Shown piece by piece: positions 49,641 to 59,654 of a stretch of 64,000 nucleotides of DNA (the first letter of the stretch is position 1; each line of letters starts with the position of its first letter). Under the pieces are notes generated by a model. It saw nothing but the letters and a program-made list of their open reading frames with translations, had not been told where the DNA came from and did not search any database. Location of the stretch: contig CAZTCI010000002.1 in assembly GCA_964612665.1 (NCBI GenBank), forward strand, positions 83,659-147,658, given 5' to 3'. The DNA is from an uncultured Planctomycetales bacterium. Its GTDB lineage: Bacteria; Omnitrophota; Gorgyraeia; Zapsychrales; JAHFFX01. The position numbers and the translations under genes were made by a program.

Positions 49641-49686
49641 CGGCCTGCCTGTGAATTAATTAGCGGGCAGGCCGCTCTCGTTTTTA
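49641..49686 (+). terminator. rho-independent terminator
   Basis: AGAGCGGCCTGCC...GGCAGGCCGCTCT + cgttttt. Confidence 0.65.
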
Positions 49687-49689
49687 GAA

Positions 49690-49960
49690 TGAAACAATTA
49701 CAACTAAGCTATCGCTATTAGATTTCTCGCCTCATTTGTCTTTTCAAAGGGCACATGAATCCTATATTGGTCTACAATGGTTTTTATTGGCATTCCCCAA
49801 GTAAATCGTAATGGTTCAACCAAGGCGGGAATGCCTCTATTTTTTAGGTAATCACTCTTTATCGTGGCTTCTATTTCATCAAAAGCAATATAACAAATAC
49901 CCCACTATATTAGACCAAGCACTATCCCTACAATACCCATCACATAGTTTTCTGACATAG
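49690..49960 (-). pseudogene. small membrane-anchored protein gene interrupted by an in-frame TAG
   Basis: Minus strand: RBS gaggagg, MSENYVMGIVGIVLGLI*WGICYIAFDEIEATIKSDYLKNRGIPALVEPLRFTWGMPIKTIVDQYRIHVPFEKTNEARNLIAIA. Confidence 0.3.
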
Positions 49961-50226
49961 AGCCTCCTCACCCATCGTGAAAACAATCTTTTGAAGCATT
50001 TTTATAAAGTATAACATTCTGAATATTTTGTAATCATAAATTTTATGTTTTCGAACCAACGGCCCAACCTCGGTAATAACACTAATTTGGCCTGTGGCAT
50101 TTCTTATGCTTTTTACCTTCTAAAGATTTTCTGTTTATCTTTTGACAGGCGAATTGTTTTGGGCTATACAACGTATAGCAAATTATTTAGATTTATTTTT
50201 AGGCTTTTTAGAAGAAAGGGGAAAGG

Positions 50227-51099
50227 ATGAATAAATTTTTATGGCAGGTGGTTGTAATCATTTGGGCGGGAATATCTTTTGTGATGATACCTAATATTGT
50301 CATCGCGGATATGGATCCTGACACTTCCACAGAACTTATTGCAAGATCACGGCATATTTATAAGACCGACGTTGATGCCGTCACGGGACAAATCGCCGTT
50401 AATGAATCCCAATTCGGGTTCGCCCAGAATTTTGAAATCGACCGACTTCCGGTGACTGCCGGCTTTAAGATTAAACACATTGATATCAATGAAAATATCC
50501 CCACGAATTTACCGTCGGAGCTGGTTGGTAAAGAACTGCAATTGGGTGTCAAGTTGCCAGCGCCTTGGCTTGATTCTGATCATTATTTTGTGGGAGTAGA
50601 CATCTTTCCATCCATGTACACGGATGATTGGGATTATAAAGCGAGCGCGTTTCGTATTCCTTTCCGGACTTATTTAATTTATAAAGAAACAGAAGATCTA
50701 ATTTGGGTTGCGGGCATTTTGGTCAGACCTCAATACCACACGAGTGTTTTGCCGGTTTTAGGTTTAATTTACCGGCCTAATGACCGTTTGAGTTTTAATT
50801 TAGCGTCGGATGATCCCAATATTGCCTACAAAATCGACGATAAACTCACGGCCTTGGCGGAATTTGGTTTGGTTACGGATGAGTATGAAGTGACGAGAGG
50901 TAATCAGAATGGTGTGGTTTTAAAATATAGTGAACTGAGTGCTGGTGGTGGATTTAAATATGATGTTACTCCGAACATTCAGGCTAAAATTTCTATCGGC
51001 GCGGTGTTTAACCGGAAAATAGATTACCGTGATGATGTCGGGAAGGTTCATCCGGATGGTGGATTGTATACCGATTTCAAACTAAGCGCCAAATTCTAA
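50227..51099 (+). CDS. outer-membrane beta-barrel protein (hypothetical)
   Basis: Signal peptide, alternating-residue beta-strands, C-terminal ...KLSAKF. Confidence 0.45.
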   Translation: MNKFLWQVVVIIWAGISFVMIPNIVIADMDPDTSTELIARSRHIYKTDVDAVTGQIAVNESQFGFAQNFEIDRLPVTAGFKIKHIDINENIPTNLPSELVGKELQLGVKLPAPWLDSDHYFVGVDIFPSMYTDDWDYKASAFRIPFRTYLIYKETEDLIWVAGILVRPQYHTSVLPVLGLIYRPNDRLSFNLASDDPNIAYKIDDKLTALAEFGLVTDEYEVTRGNQNGVVLKYSELSAGGGFKYDVTPNIQAKISIGAVFNRKIDYRDDVGKVHPDGGLYTDFKLSAKF

Positions 51100-51261
51100 A
51101 TCCTTAAAATTATTTCCGTAGGCAATTGAAGAGACGGTCTAAATTAGGCCGTCTTTTTTTTGATTCAGAATAATTATTTGACACGCTAAATGATTTCATC
51201 TATAACCTTAGCATTATTTTTTAGGAAAGACTTAACGATAAGCAACAACTGAGGAGGCAAG

Positions 51262-51669
51262 ATGAAAAAGGAAATCGTATTAGTGACTGCGTTCATGCTG
51301 ACTGTCGCGTCAGCTGTTTTTGCAGAGGGTAATAAGGGTTATTTATATCAAGCAGATTTAAGCAAAATGTGTATTAGGGATAAATCATCCAAGCATGCGG
51401 ATAAAGCTGGCAAAGCTCCAATCTGCGATATGGATAAAGAAAAAGCCAAAGAAGAAGTGAAAGTCACTGCTGAAGAAGTTAAAAAAGAAGCTCAAACAGC
51501 GTCCGAACCAGCTGTTCAGCAAGCGCAAGCTGCTCAAGAAGCTGTTAAAACCGATGCTCCGATGATGGCTGAAGATGTTAAAAAAGAAGCGCAAGCTACA
51601 ACAGAGCAAGCCAACCAAGTAGCGAATGAAATGACTGCACCGGCAACGACGCCAGAAGCGGCGAAGTAA
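51262..51669 (+). CDS. secreted low-complexity Ala/Glu/Lys/Gln-rich protein
   Basis: Signal peptide; repeated (A/E)EVKKEAQ(T/A) units. Confidence 0.4.
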   Translation: MKKEIVLVTAFMLTVASAVFAEGNKGYLYQADLSKMCIRDKSSKHADKAGKAPICDMDKEKAKEEVKVTAEEVKKEAQTASEPAVQQAQAAQEAVKTDAPMMAEDVKKEAQATTEQANQVANEMTAPATTPEAAK

Positions 51670-51698
51670 GATTTGTAATATATTTTAGAGAAGTCGAA

Positions 51699-51742
51699 GG
51701 GCCTTGGGCCCACGCGCCGTACGGTGCGGGGCCCAAGGCCCT
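51699..51742. terminator. GC-rich palindrome (GGGCCTTGGGCCC...GGGCCCAAGGCCC), bidirectional terminator between convergent genes
   Basis: 13-bp perfect inverted repeat between 51669 (+ gene stop) and 51761 (- gene stop). Confidence 0.55.
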
Positions 51743-51760
51743 TGCTATTTTTCGGCGTTT

Positions 51761-52243
51761 TCAAGCTTTGACTTCAATACTTTTCAACAGCGCCAAAACC
51801 TCTTCATTATGACCCTGCGGTTTAACTTTCTCAAATACGTGAACGATTTTTCCGTTTTTATCAACAATAAAAGTCGTTCGTTCAATCCCCATATATTTTC
51901 GTCCGTACATACTTTTTTCAACCCAAACACCATAATCCGTCGCCATCTTGTGATCTTCGTCACTCAAAAGCAAAAAAGGAAGGTCAAATTTTTTGATAAA
52001 TTTATCATGGCTTTTAAGACCATCTGGACTCACCCCTAAAACGACGGCATCTTCATTTTCAATCGGCTTGATCGTATCCCGGAAGCCGCAAGCCTGCACG
52101 GTACAGCCTGGCGTATCATCTTTAGGATAAAAATAAATGACCACATTTTTTTTGCCTTTGTAATCTTTAAGTGAAACAATTTGACTGTTGCTGGCCGGAC
52201 GGGTGAATGGGGGGGCTGGGTCGTTCATTTGAGGACGAGGCAT
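51761..52243 (-). CDS. bcp: thiol peroxidase Bcp (peroxiredoxin, AhpC/TSA family)
   Basis: PGCTVQAC active-site motif. Confidence 0.85.
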   Translation of the reverse strand: MPRPQMNDPAPPFTRPASNSQIVSLKDYKGKKNVVIYFYPKDDTPGCTVQACGFRDTIKPIENEDAVVLGVSPDGLKSHDKFIKKFDLPFLLLSDEDHKMATDYGVWVEKSMYGRKYMGIERTTFIVDKNGKIVHVFEKVKPQGHNEEVLALLKSIEVKA

Positions 52244-52356
52244 TTTTGTTATCTCCTTTTTAGAGTAGCGAGAAGAGAGTAGACAGTAGAGAGTCAGCGA
52301 AATTTTGTTTATTCTCTACTGTCTCTTTACTATTCGCTAGCATGTTTCATGAGTTA

Positions 52357-53157
52357 TTATAATTTTACAGTCCGTTCAACCTTCCGCTGTTTAAATATTA
52401 AATATTCTTTATATCCGACCGCTTTAGCTAACACTATTGCTTTGTCAAAATCCTTTCCAACATCTTGCGGCGCATGCGCGTCGGAGCCGAAGGTGAGAGG
52501 GACACCGGCTTTTTGATAGATTTGAAGGCATTGCGGCGCCGGGTACATTTCTCCGACGGGTTTACGTAATCCTGAGGTGTTGATTTCAACCGTGACGCCG
52601 GTTTTTTTAAATACTTTCGCGGTCTTCTCAATTTCTTTAGTCATGTCGTCGGTTGCCCGGTGTCCAAATTTTTTAACCAAATCAACATGCCCCATGATAT
52701 CAAACAACCCCGATTCAGCGCTTTGGCGCAGAAGAGCGTAGTATTCACGGTAAACAGCATTAATGTTTTCCTGATTCCAGCGTTCGCGGTCATCCGGATT
52801 GTCAAAACCCCACGAGCCGATAAAATGGACCGAGCCAATGATATAATCATAAGGGTAGTTTTGAATAATGGCGCGGGTTTTGTCTTCATACCCAGGAATA
52901 AAATCCGCCTCCAATGCAATCTTGATGCGTAAAGGTGCGTACTTCGAACGGACTTCTTCAATCATTTTGTGATATTCTGGCAGCTGGCGGATATTCATGG
53001 TGATGCGGGGATCTTCATGGGAAACGAGAGGTGCGTGGTCGGAGAATCCAATTTCTTCTAAGCCAATCTTGCGGGCATGTTCGGCATATTCTTTCGGTTG
53101 CCCAACGGCATGGCCGCACAGGGGTGTGTGCATATGGTAATCGGCTAAGGGAATCAT
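52357..53157 (-). CDS. PHP-family phosphoesterase (histidinol-phosphatase-like)
   Basis: N-terminal DYHMHTPLCGHA PHP motif, conserved His/Asp ladder. Confidence 0.7.
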   Translation of the reverse strand: MIPLADYHMHTPLCGHAVGQPKEYAEHARKIGLEEIGFSDHAPLVSHEDPRITMNIRQLPEYHKMIEEVRSKYAPLRIKIALEADFIPGYEDKTRAIIQNYPYDYIIGSVHFIGSWGFDNPDDRERWNQENINAVYREYYALLRQSAESGLFDIMGHVDLVKKFGHRATDDMTKEIEKTAKVFKKTGVTVEINTSGLRKPVGEMYPAPQCLQIYQKAGVPLTFGSDAHAPQDVGKDFDKAIVLAKAVGYKEYLIFKQRKVERTVKL

Positions 53158-53363
53158 TTAGCTCCTTTTCAAAAAGAAAAAAATTTTAATAAGCGACGCA
53201 TTATAGCACAGTCATAGAAGGAAATTCTAGGCGTGTTTTGATAAAAGAAGCTGGCCCTGTACCGATTTCTGGTACAGGGCCGTCGTTCCTTCACCAATTC
53301 CACGGACAATATTGACAGCCTAAAACGCCTATGCTACGATGCGCTTCTTCAAAAAAGGAAAAC

Positions 53364-53906
53364 ATGGAACAATATTATAAAAAATTACTCCAAGACATCG
53401 GCGAAGATCCCACCCGCGAAGGCCTGCGCGCAACGCCCAAACGCGCGGCGCATGCTTTTCAATACATCACCCAAGGTTATAAGAAAAACATTAAAGATGT
53501 TATTAATAACGCCATTTTTGAATCCGACAATGATGAGATGATCATCGTAAAAGATATTGAACTCTATTCTTTGTGTGAACACCATCTTTTGCCTTTCTTC
53601 GGCAAATGCCACGTCGGATATCTACCCAATAAAAAGATTTTAGGCTTATCCAAGATCGCTCGCATCGTTGATGTCTTTGCCCGCCGTTTGCAAGTCCAGG
53701 AAAATTTAACCAAACAAATCGCCGAAACCATCATGGAAGTCGTTGACGCCAAAGGTGTCGGCGTTGTCATCGAAGCCAAGCATTTATGTATGATGATGCG
53801 CGGTGTTGAAAAACAAAATTCAACAATGAAAACTTCCTGCATGCTCGGCCTTTTTCGTGAAAAGATTTCCACCCGTTCGGAATTCTTAAGTTTGATCAAC
53901 ACCTGA
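53364..53906 (+). CDS. folE: GTP cyclohydrolase I
   Basis: [10 protein letters not shown]...[12 protein letters not shown] motifs. Confidence 0.9.
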   Translation: MEQYYKKLLQDIGEDPTREGLRATPKRAAHAFQYITQGYKKNIKDVINNAIFESDNDEMIIVKDIELYSLCEHHLLPFFGKCHVGYLPNKKILGLSKIARIVDVFARRLQVQENLTKQIAETIMEVVDAKGVGVVIEAKHLCMMMRGVEKQNSTMKTSCMLGLFREKISTRSEFLSLINT

Positions 53907-53909
53907 TTC

Positions 53910-54644
53910 ATGATTAAAGCACGAAAATCTCAAAGGGGAACAGCACTCGTTACTGGCGCGGCCAAAAGAATTGGGCAGGCCATTGCCTTGATGTTAGCTG
54001 AAAATGGTTTTGATATCGCGGTGCACTATCAACATTCCCGTAACGATGCCGAAGCAACCGCCAAGCTAATTAGGAAAAAGGGCGTGCGCTGTGAATTGTT
54101 CGCATGCGATTTAAACAACGAAGCGCAGACGCTTTCGCTCATCCGTGATGTCCACCTTAAATTTTCTAATCTCAATCTTCTCATCAATTGCGCCTCGATT
54201 TTTGAAAAATCTAAATTCACAACCGCTGATCTTTCTTTGTTTGACCGTCATTTTGCCGTCAACCTTAAAGCGCCGTTTATTTTGTCTTGTGAATTCCGAA
54301 CGGTTTGCCACCATGGGCAGATCATTAATTTTCTGGACACGGACATTGTTGAAAATAAAACCGATCATGTCGCGTATCTGTTGACTAAAAAAGCGCTGGT
54401 CGAAATGACGAAAATGGCCGCGGTTCATTTTGCGCCTGACATTCGGGTGAACGCGATTGCGCCGGGATTAATCTTGCCGCCTAAAGGTCAAACGGATGAA
54501 TATCTTAACCGCCGGGCCCAAGGCATTCCTTTAAAACGTAAAGGTGATGTCGTTTCTATTTGCAAATCTGTTAAATTTCTTATCGACAACGATTATTTGA
54601 CCGGCCAGATTATTTTTAATGACGGAGGCGAGCACTTGGTGTGA
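53910..54644 (+). CDS. SDR-family pteridine/dihydromonapterin reductase (FolM-like)
   Basis: TGAAKRIG Rossmann motif, Y..K; embedded in the folate cluster. Confidence 0.6.
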   Translation: MIKARKSQRGTALVTGAAKRIGQAIALMLAENGFDIAVHYQHSRNDAEATAKLIRKKGVRCELFACDLNNEAQTLSLIRDVHLKFSNLNLLINCASIFEKSKFTTADLSLFDRHFAVNLKAPFILSCEFRTVCHHGQIINFLDTDIVENKTDHVAYLLTKKALVEMTKMAAVHFAPDIRVNAIAPGLILPPKGQTDEYLNRRAQGIPLKRKGDVVSICKSVKFLIDNDYLTGQIIFNDGGEHLV

Positions 54645-54677
54645 TTGTTAAACGCAATTGACTAGGAAAGGGAAGCC

Positions 54678-55031
54678 ATGGCTAAAGTTCAAATTACGGA
54701 TCTTTTGATCCGGGGAATTATCGGGACACAGGAATGGGAACGGAAAAAGAAACAGGACATTTTGATTAATGTGACCTTTGAATACAACTGTTCCAAATGT
54801 CAAGCAAGCGATGCGATCGACGATGCGGTGGATTATAAATTAATTACCAAAAGAATTATTGATTCCGTTGAAGCGTCCAGCTTCTTTCTATTAGAGAAGC
54901 TGACCCATTACGTTTTAGAAATTGTCATGGAAGATAAAAGAATCAAATGGGCCACGGTCCGCATTGACAAACCGCACGCGCTGCGTTTTGCCCGTTCGGT
55001 TTCAGTGGAATTGACAGCAAAACGTTCATGA
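54678..55031 (+). CDS. folB: dihydroneopterin aldolase
   Basis: 117 aa; GxxxxE/K pattern of the FolB family; fol context. Confidence 0.75.
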   Translation: MAKVQITDLLIRGIIGTQEWERKKKQDILINVTFEYNCSKCQASDAIDDAVDYKLITKRIIDSVEASSFFLLEKLTHYVLEIVMEDKRIKWATVRIDKPHALRFARSVSVELTAKRS

Positions 55032-55411
55032 ACACCGCGATCATTGGACTCGGTTCAAATATCGAGCCGCAAAAAAATATAAAGCATGCACGAAATTTCT
55101 TGGCTCAAGAGTTTAAGGTTCTGGATGAATCCCATTTTGTGACGACTAAACCAATTGGAACAACCACGCAACCGGATTTCCTGAATGGCGCTGTTTTAAT
55201 TGAAACAAATTTGATGCAAGATATAATGCGTAATCGCTTAAAAGAAATTGAAAAAATTTTGGGCCGCACATCCAGCCCTGACCGCTACGGTCCCAGAGTG
55301 ATTGATTTAGATATCCTGGTTTGGAATGATGAGGTCATTAATCCTGATTTTTATGAAAGGGATTTTGTGAAGGATGAAGTTTTAGAGTTATTGCCTGAGT
55401 TGAAATATTAG
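55028..55411 (+). CDS. folK: 6-hydroxymethyl-7,8-dihydropterin pyrophosphokinase
   Basis: IGLGSNI...GPRVIDLDIL motifs. Confidence 0.8.
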   Translation: MNTAIIGLGSNIEPQKNIKHARNFLAQEFKVLDESHFVTTKPIGTTTQPDFLNGAVLIETNLMQDIMRNRLKEIEKILGRTSSPDRYGPRVIDLDILVWNDEVINPDFYERDFVKDEVLELLPELKY

Positions 55412-55485
55412 TTTTGATAACGAGGGCGGTTGTCCTGCGAACAAAATCGCCGGACAACCGCCCATCGCTACGGAGGTAATGAAGC

Positions 55486-56226
55486 ATGCATCTGAAAGAT
55501 CAAGTCGTTTTAATCACCGGTTCGACCCGCGGAATTGGAAAAGAGATTGCCGGAAAGTTTGCTCAGCATGGTGCAACTGTTATTATTGTGGGACGCGATG
55601 AATCATTGGCCCGTTCGGTAAGCGAGGAATTCATCCGAGGAGGATTTAAGGCTGATTTTTATGGCTGCGACGTGACAAATCTAAAAAGTGTCGAAGAAAT
55701 GATTGACAAAATTCTTGACAAACATAATCGCATTGATATATTAATCAACAATGCAGGGATAACGAAGGATAATTTGCTTTTACGCATGACCGAATCTGAT
55801 TGGGATCAGGTCATGACAATTAACCTTAAAGGTGTTTTTAACTGCACTAAAGCTGTCACAAAAGCGATGTTGAAAGCCAGGAAAGGCAAGATTATCAATA
55901 TCGCTTCTGTTATTGGCATAACAGGAAACGCCGGCCAAGCCAATTACGCGGCCAGTAAAGCGGGCATCGTTGGTTTTTCAAAATCAATCGCCCGCGAAAT
56001 CGCATCACGCGAAATCACCGTTAATGTAGTGGCACCTGGATACATTCAAACCGATATGACCGCTCAATTACCAGAAAAAGTCCGTGAACAAATCCTTAAT
56101 CAAATTCCTTTACAACGATTCGGCCAGCCAGCTGATGTGGCTGGCGTTTGTTTGTTTTTGGCTTCCCCGGAAGCTAATTACATTACAGGTCAAACGATCG
56201 TAGTCGACGGAGGGTTGGCGATTTAA
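55486..56226 (+). CDS. fabG: 3-oxoacyl-ACP reductase
   Basis: TGSTRGIG, NNAG, Y..K; upstream of acpP-fabF. Confidence 0.9.
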   Translation: MHLKDQVVLITGSTRGIGKEIAGKFAQHGATVIIVGRDESLARSVSEEFIRGGFKADFYGCDVTNLKSVEEMIDKILDKHNRIDILINNAGITKDNLLLRMTESDWDQVMTINLKGVFNCTKAVTKAMLKARKGKIINIASVIGITGNAGQANYAASKAGIVGFSKSIAREIASREITVNVVAPGYIQTDMTAQLPEKVREQILNQIPLQRFGQPADVAGVCLFLASPEANYITGQTIVVDGGLAI

Positions 56227-56303
56227 TCTCCTACGCAAGCAACAAAGTTTCGCCGCGTAGCAGAATAATTTGAGTGGCAAATAGGCAAAAGGAGGCTATG
56301 GAT

Positions 56304-56543
56304 ATGGCAGTAGAAGAGAAAATTAAGTCGATCATCGCTGAACAGTTAGGCGTGAAACCGGAAGAAGTGACCCCACAAGCTTCGTTTATTGACGATCTCG
56401 GGGCTGATTCTTTGGATACCGTTGAATTGATTATGGCTTTAGAAGAAGAATTCAACGTCGAAATTCCGGACGAAGATGCCGAAAAGATGACAACTGTCGG
56501 TGATGCGATTAAATATATTGAAGCCAAGACTGCCAACAAGTAA
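56304..56543 (+). CDS. acpP: acyl carrier protein
   Basis: [12 protein letters not shown] phosphopantetheine site; RBS aaggagg 9 nt upstream. Confidence 0.9.
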   Translation: MAVEEKIKSIIAEQLGVKPEEVTPQASFIDDLGADSLDTVELIMALEEEFNVEIPDEDAEKMTTVGDAIKYIEAKTANK

Positions 56544-56687
56544 GTCCCGCATTTCAAAAGTTTAGGAACCATATAATTTAGAAGAATGCGGTACTACTCC
56601 GCTTCCTCATAAAATGATCAAAAAGTCAAAAAATTTTGGAAAGCGGTAGTAAGCTTGTGGGTAGCTTACCGAACGAACTTTCACTTT

Positions 56688-56716
56688 GCCCCGGTCTTAA
56701 AGCCGGGGCATTCTTT
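56688..56716 (+). terminator. hairpin (GCCCCGGTCTTAAAGCCGGGGC + cattcttt), attenuator/terminator between acpP and fabF
   Basis: Perfect 8-bp GC stem; weak T-tract. Confidence 0.4.
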
Positions 56717-56760
56717 ATATTAGAAGCTTTTATTTAAAAATTTAAAAAAAGTAATCGTCA

Positions 56761-58005
56761 ATGGGAAAAAAACGTGTTGTTGTTACAGGGTTAGGGGTTG
56801 TTTCTCCAGTTGGAACGGGTGTTGAAAAATTTTGGCAATCGCTCGTCCAAGGGAAAAGCGGCATCCGTCCGATCACCCGTTTTGATGCCACCAAATTTGA
56901 CTGCCGTATCAGCGGGGATGTCATTGATTATAATGAAACCGAACATTTTTCAACCAAAGATGCTCGACACTTAGCGCGTTTTGTACAATTTGCGGTTGTC
57001 GCTTCGCGTGAAGCTTTAGCGCATGCCAAACTGGATATCAATCAAGCCAACGCCGACCGCGTTGGCGTTTTGGTTGGTTCAGGAATTGGCAGTATCGGAA
57101 CCATTGAACGCGAGTATCAGAAGTATATGGAGAAGGGCCCAAGCAAGATCTCACCATTTTTCATTCCACGTATTATTATTAATGAAGCATCCGGCCAGGT
57201 TTCAATTCAAACGGGTGCAAAAGGTCCAACGACCTGTGTCGTGACTGCTTGCGCGACCGCCTCAAACGCGATTGGCGATGCTTACCGTTTTATTCAATAT
57301 GGAGATACCGATGTCATGATTGCCGGCGGAACGGAAGCAGCGACGACGGTTTTAGGGATCGGCGGATTTTGTGCGTTGAAAGCTCTTTCAGAAAGAAACG
57401 ACGCGCCCGAAAAAGCCAGCCGGCCTTTTGATTTAAACCGCGACGGTTTTGTGATGGCCGAAGGCGCGGGTGTTGTTATTTTGGAATCTTTAGAACATGC
57501 CAAGGCGCGTGGCGCGAATATCTTAGCCGAGATGGTTGGATACGGTCGTACATCCGACGCTTATCACATCACAGCTCCCGACGCCGAAGGATTAGGCGCT
57601 ATGAAAGCCATGGAATTGGCGCTTAAAGACGCGCAATTAAAACCTGAAGAAATTTCATACATCAACGCTCACGGCACATCGACCAAACTCAACGACAAAG
57701 TGGAAACACTTGCCATTAAGAATTTATTTAAAGACTACGCCAAAAAAGTTCCAGTAAGTTCAACCAAATCCATGACCGGCCATTTACTTGGCGCGGCGGG
57801 CGGGGTCGAATTTATTGCTTGTATTTTAGCGATCCGTGATAGCATCATTCCACCGACGATCAATTATGAAACTCCCGATCCCGAGTGCGATCTCGATTAT
57901 GTTCCTAACCACGCCCGTAAAGCTTCATTGACAACAGCGTTATCCAACTCCTTAGGGTTTGGCGGCCACAACGCCACCCTCATCGTTAAAAAATTCCAAC
58001 CATGA
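56761..58005 (+). CDS. fabF: 3-oxoacyl-ACP synthase II
   Basis: Active-site Cys (CATASNA), [13 protein letters not shown] motifs. Confidence 0.9.
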   Translation: MGKKRVVVTGLGVVSPVGTGVEKFWQSLVQGKSGIRPITRFDATKFDCRISGDVIDYNETEHFSTKDARHLARFVQFAVVASREALAHAKLDINQANADRVGVLVGSGIGSIGTIEREYQKYMEKGPSKISPFFIPRIIINEASGQVSIQTGAKGPTTCVVTACATASNAIGDAYRFIQYGDTDVMIAGGTEAATTVLGIGGFCALKALSERNDAPEKASRPFDLNRDGFVMAEGAGVVILESLEHAKARGANILAEMVGYGRTSDAYHITAPDAEGLGAMKAMELALKDAQLKPEEISYINAHGTSTKLNDKVETLAIKNLFKDYAKKVPVSSTKSMTGHLLGAAGGVEFIACILAIRDSIIPPTINYETPDPECDLDYVPNHARKASLTTALSNSLGFGGHNATLIVKKFQP

Positions 58006-59060
58006 AAAAAGATTATAAAATTGCCGTCATTCCCGGCGATGGTACCGGGCCGGAAGTCATTCGCGAAGGGCTTAAGGTTATTGAAGCCGTTTCGAAGAAA
58101 TGTAATTTCAAATTTCAGACCACTACTTTTGATTTCGGCGGTGCGCGTTATTTACGCACCAAAGAAGTTTTGCCAGCCTCAGCCATCGATGATTTGAAAA
58201 AGTTTGACGCGATTTATTTAGGCGCGATCGGTCATCCGGATGTGAAGCCGGGTATTCTTGAAAAAGGAATTCTCCTTAAACTCCGTTTCGATTTGGATCA
58301 ATATATCAACTTACGACCGGTTAAACTTTATGATGAACACTTTTGTCCGGTCAAAAATAAAAAGCCGGAAGATATAGATTTTGTCGTCGTGCGGGAAAAT
58401 TCTGAGGGACTTTACAAAGGTTTAGGTGAGTTCAAAGATAAAGATACGGCGAATGAAGTTGCTACCCAAGTTTCTTACAATACGCGAAAAGGCATCGAAC
58501 GCTGCGTGCGTTATGCGTTTGAATACGCGCAAAAGAAACGCAAACGCAAACAGCTCACCTTATGCGGTAAGACGAATGTTTTGACATATGCTTTTGATTT
58601 ATGGGAACGAACATTTTATGCGGTCGCCAAAGAATATCCTGATGTCAAAACAGAATACGCCCACGTTGATGCGACGACCATGTGGTTTGTCAAAAATCCA
58701 GAATGGTTTGATGTGATTGTAACTGACAATATGTTCGGTGATATCATCACCGATTTAGGCGCGATGATTCAAGGCGGCATGGGAATCGCCGCCGGCGGTA
58801 ACATTAATCCGCAGGGCGTTTCGATGTTTGAACCGATCGGCGGTTCGGCGCCGAAATATACAGGAAAGAATGTTATTAATCCTTTGGCCGCGATTTGCGC
58901 GGGCGCGATGCTTTTAGAACAATTGGACGAAACTCAAGCCGCGTCTTTAATTGAAAACTCAGCGCAGTTGGTTGTGAAAACAAAATTAAAAGACCTGGCC
59001 GCCGGGCAGATGGGGTATTCGACGTCGGAGGTTGGGGATTTGGTCGTTAAAAATTTATAG
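58002..59060 (+). CDS. 3-isopropylmalate/tartrate dehydrogenase family (LeuB-like)
   Basis: [13 protein letters not shown]...NLRP...[12 protein letters not shown] motifs. Confidence 0.7.
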   Translation: MKKDYKIAVIPGDGTGPEVIREGLKVIEAVSKKCNFKFQTTTFDFGGARYLRTKEVLPASAIDDLKKFDAIYLGAIGHPDVKPGILEKGILLKLRFDLDQYINLRPVKLYDEHFCPVKNKKPEDIDFVVVRENSEGLYKGLGEFKDKDTANEVATQVSYNTRKGIERCVRYAFEYAQKKRKRKQLTLCGKTNVLTYAFDLWERTFYAVAKEYPDVKTEYAHVDATTMWFVKNPEWFDVIVTDNMFGDIITDLGAMIQGGMGIAAGGNINPQGVSMFEPIGGSAPKYTGKNVINPLAAICAGAMLLEQLDETQAASLIENSAQLVVKTKLKDLAAGQMGYSTSEVGDLVVKNL

Positions 59061-59077
59061 AGTGATTTTAATTAATA

Positions 59078-59653
59078 ATGAGTTTAATCGCCGCTTACAA
59101 AAAATCTTTTAATAATAAACGCTTAATAAGATTCAGGACGAAACATCCTGAAGGAGATAGTTTTGGTTTTTATGGAATTGTTTTAGAAGAGAAAGATAGT
59201 TATATAATCTTGGCTCAAGAAAGAGATTTTGAGTTTGACGGATTGGTCTTGTTGCCTAAAAAAGTTATAAAAGGATATCGAGATTCTAAATTTGAAGATT
59301 GTTCTAATAAAATTATTCGCCACAATAAGGCCATCAATAAATTAAATTTACCTAAATGGTTAACTCAGTGTCATGAAATTCAAGATGTACTTAAAGAAAT
59401 TAAAGACCGAGATATTTGGCCAATAATAGAAATTATTTTTGATCATGGGAAAGAATCTGCATTGTATATTGGCCCGATCAGCGATGTTAATAATAACATT
59501 TTCAATATCTGTGGGTACGACGCTGCTGGAAAATGGGGAAAAATATGTAAACTTAACGTTGATGAAATTTTCAAGATAGAGATCAATAGTTTATATGCAA
59601 AACATTTTAATCATTTTATGCGAAGTATAAATAAACGAAGAACAGGGAATTAA
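59078..59653 (+). CDS. hypothetical protein encoded by an AT-rich insertion between leuB-like and asd
   Basis: 191 aa, Lys/Asn/Ile-rich, no motif; composition contrasts with flanking housekeeping genes. Confidence 0.35.
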   Translation: MSLIAAYKKSFNNKRLIRFRTKHPEGDSFGFYGIVLEEKDSYIILAQERDFEFDGLVLLPKKVIKGYRDSKFEDCSNKIIRHNKAINKLNLPKWLTQCHEIQDVLKEIKDRDIWPIIEIIFDHGKESALYIGPISDVNNNIFNICGYDAAGKWGKICKLNVDEIFKIEINSLYAKHFNHFMRSINKRRTGN

Positions 59654-59654
59654 G

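Noticed and set aside
50045-50230. 61-aa ORF upstream of the OMP gene
   Set aside because: It lies in an AT-rich promoter-like region with no RBS, has a low-complexity basic C-terminus, and is probably spurious.
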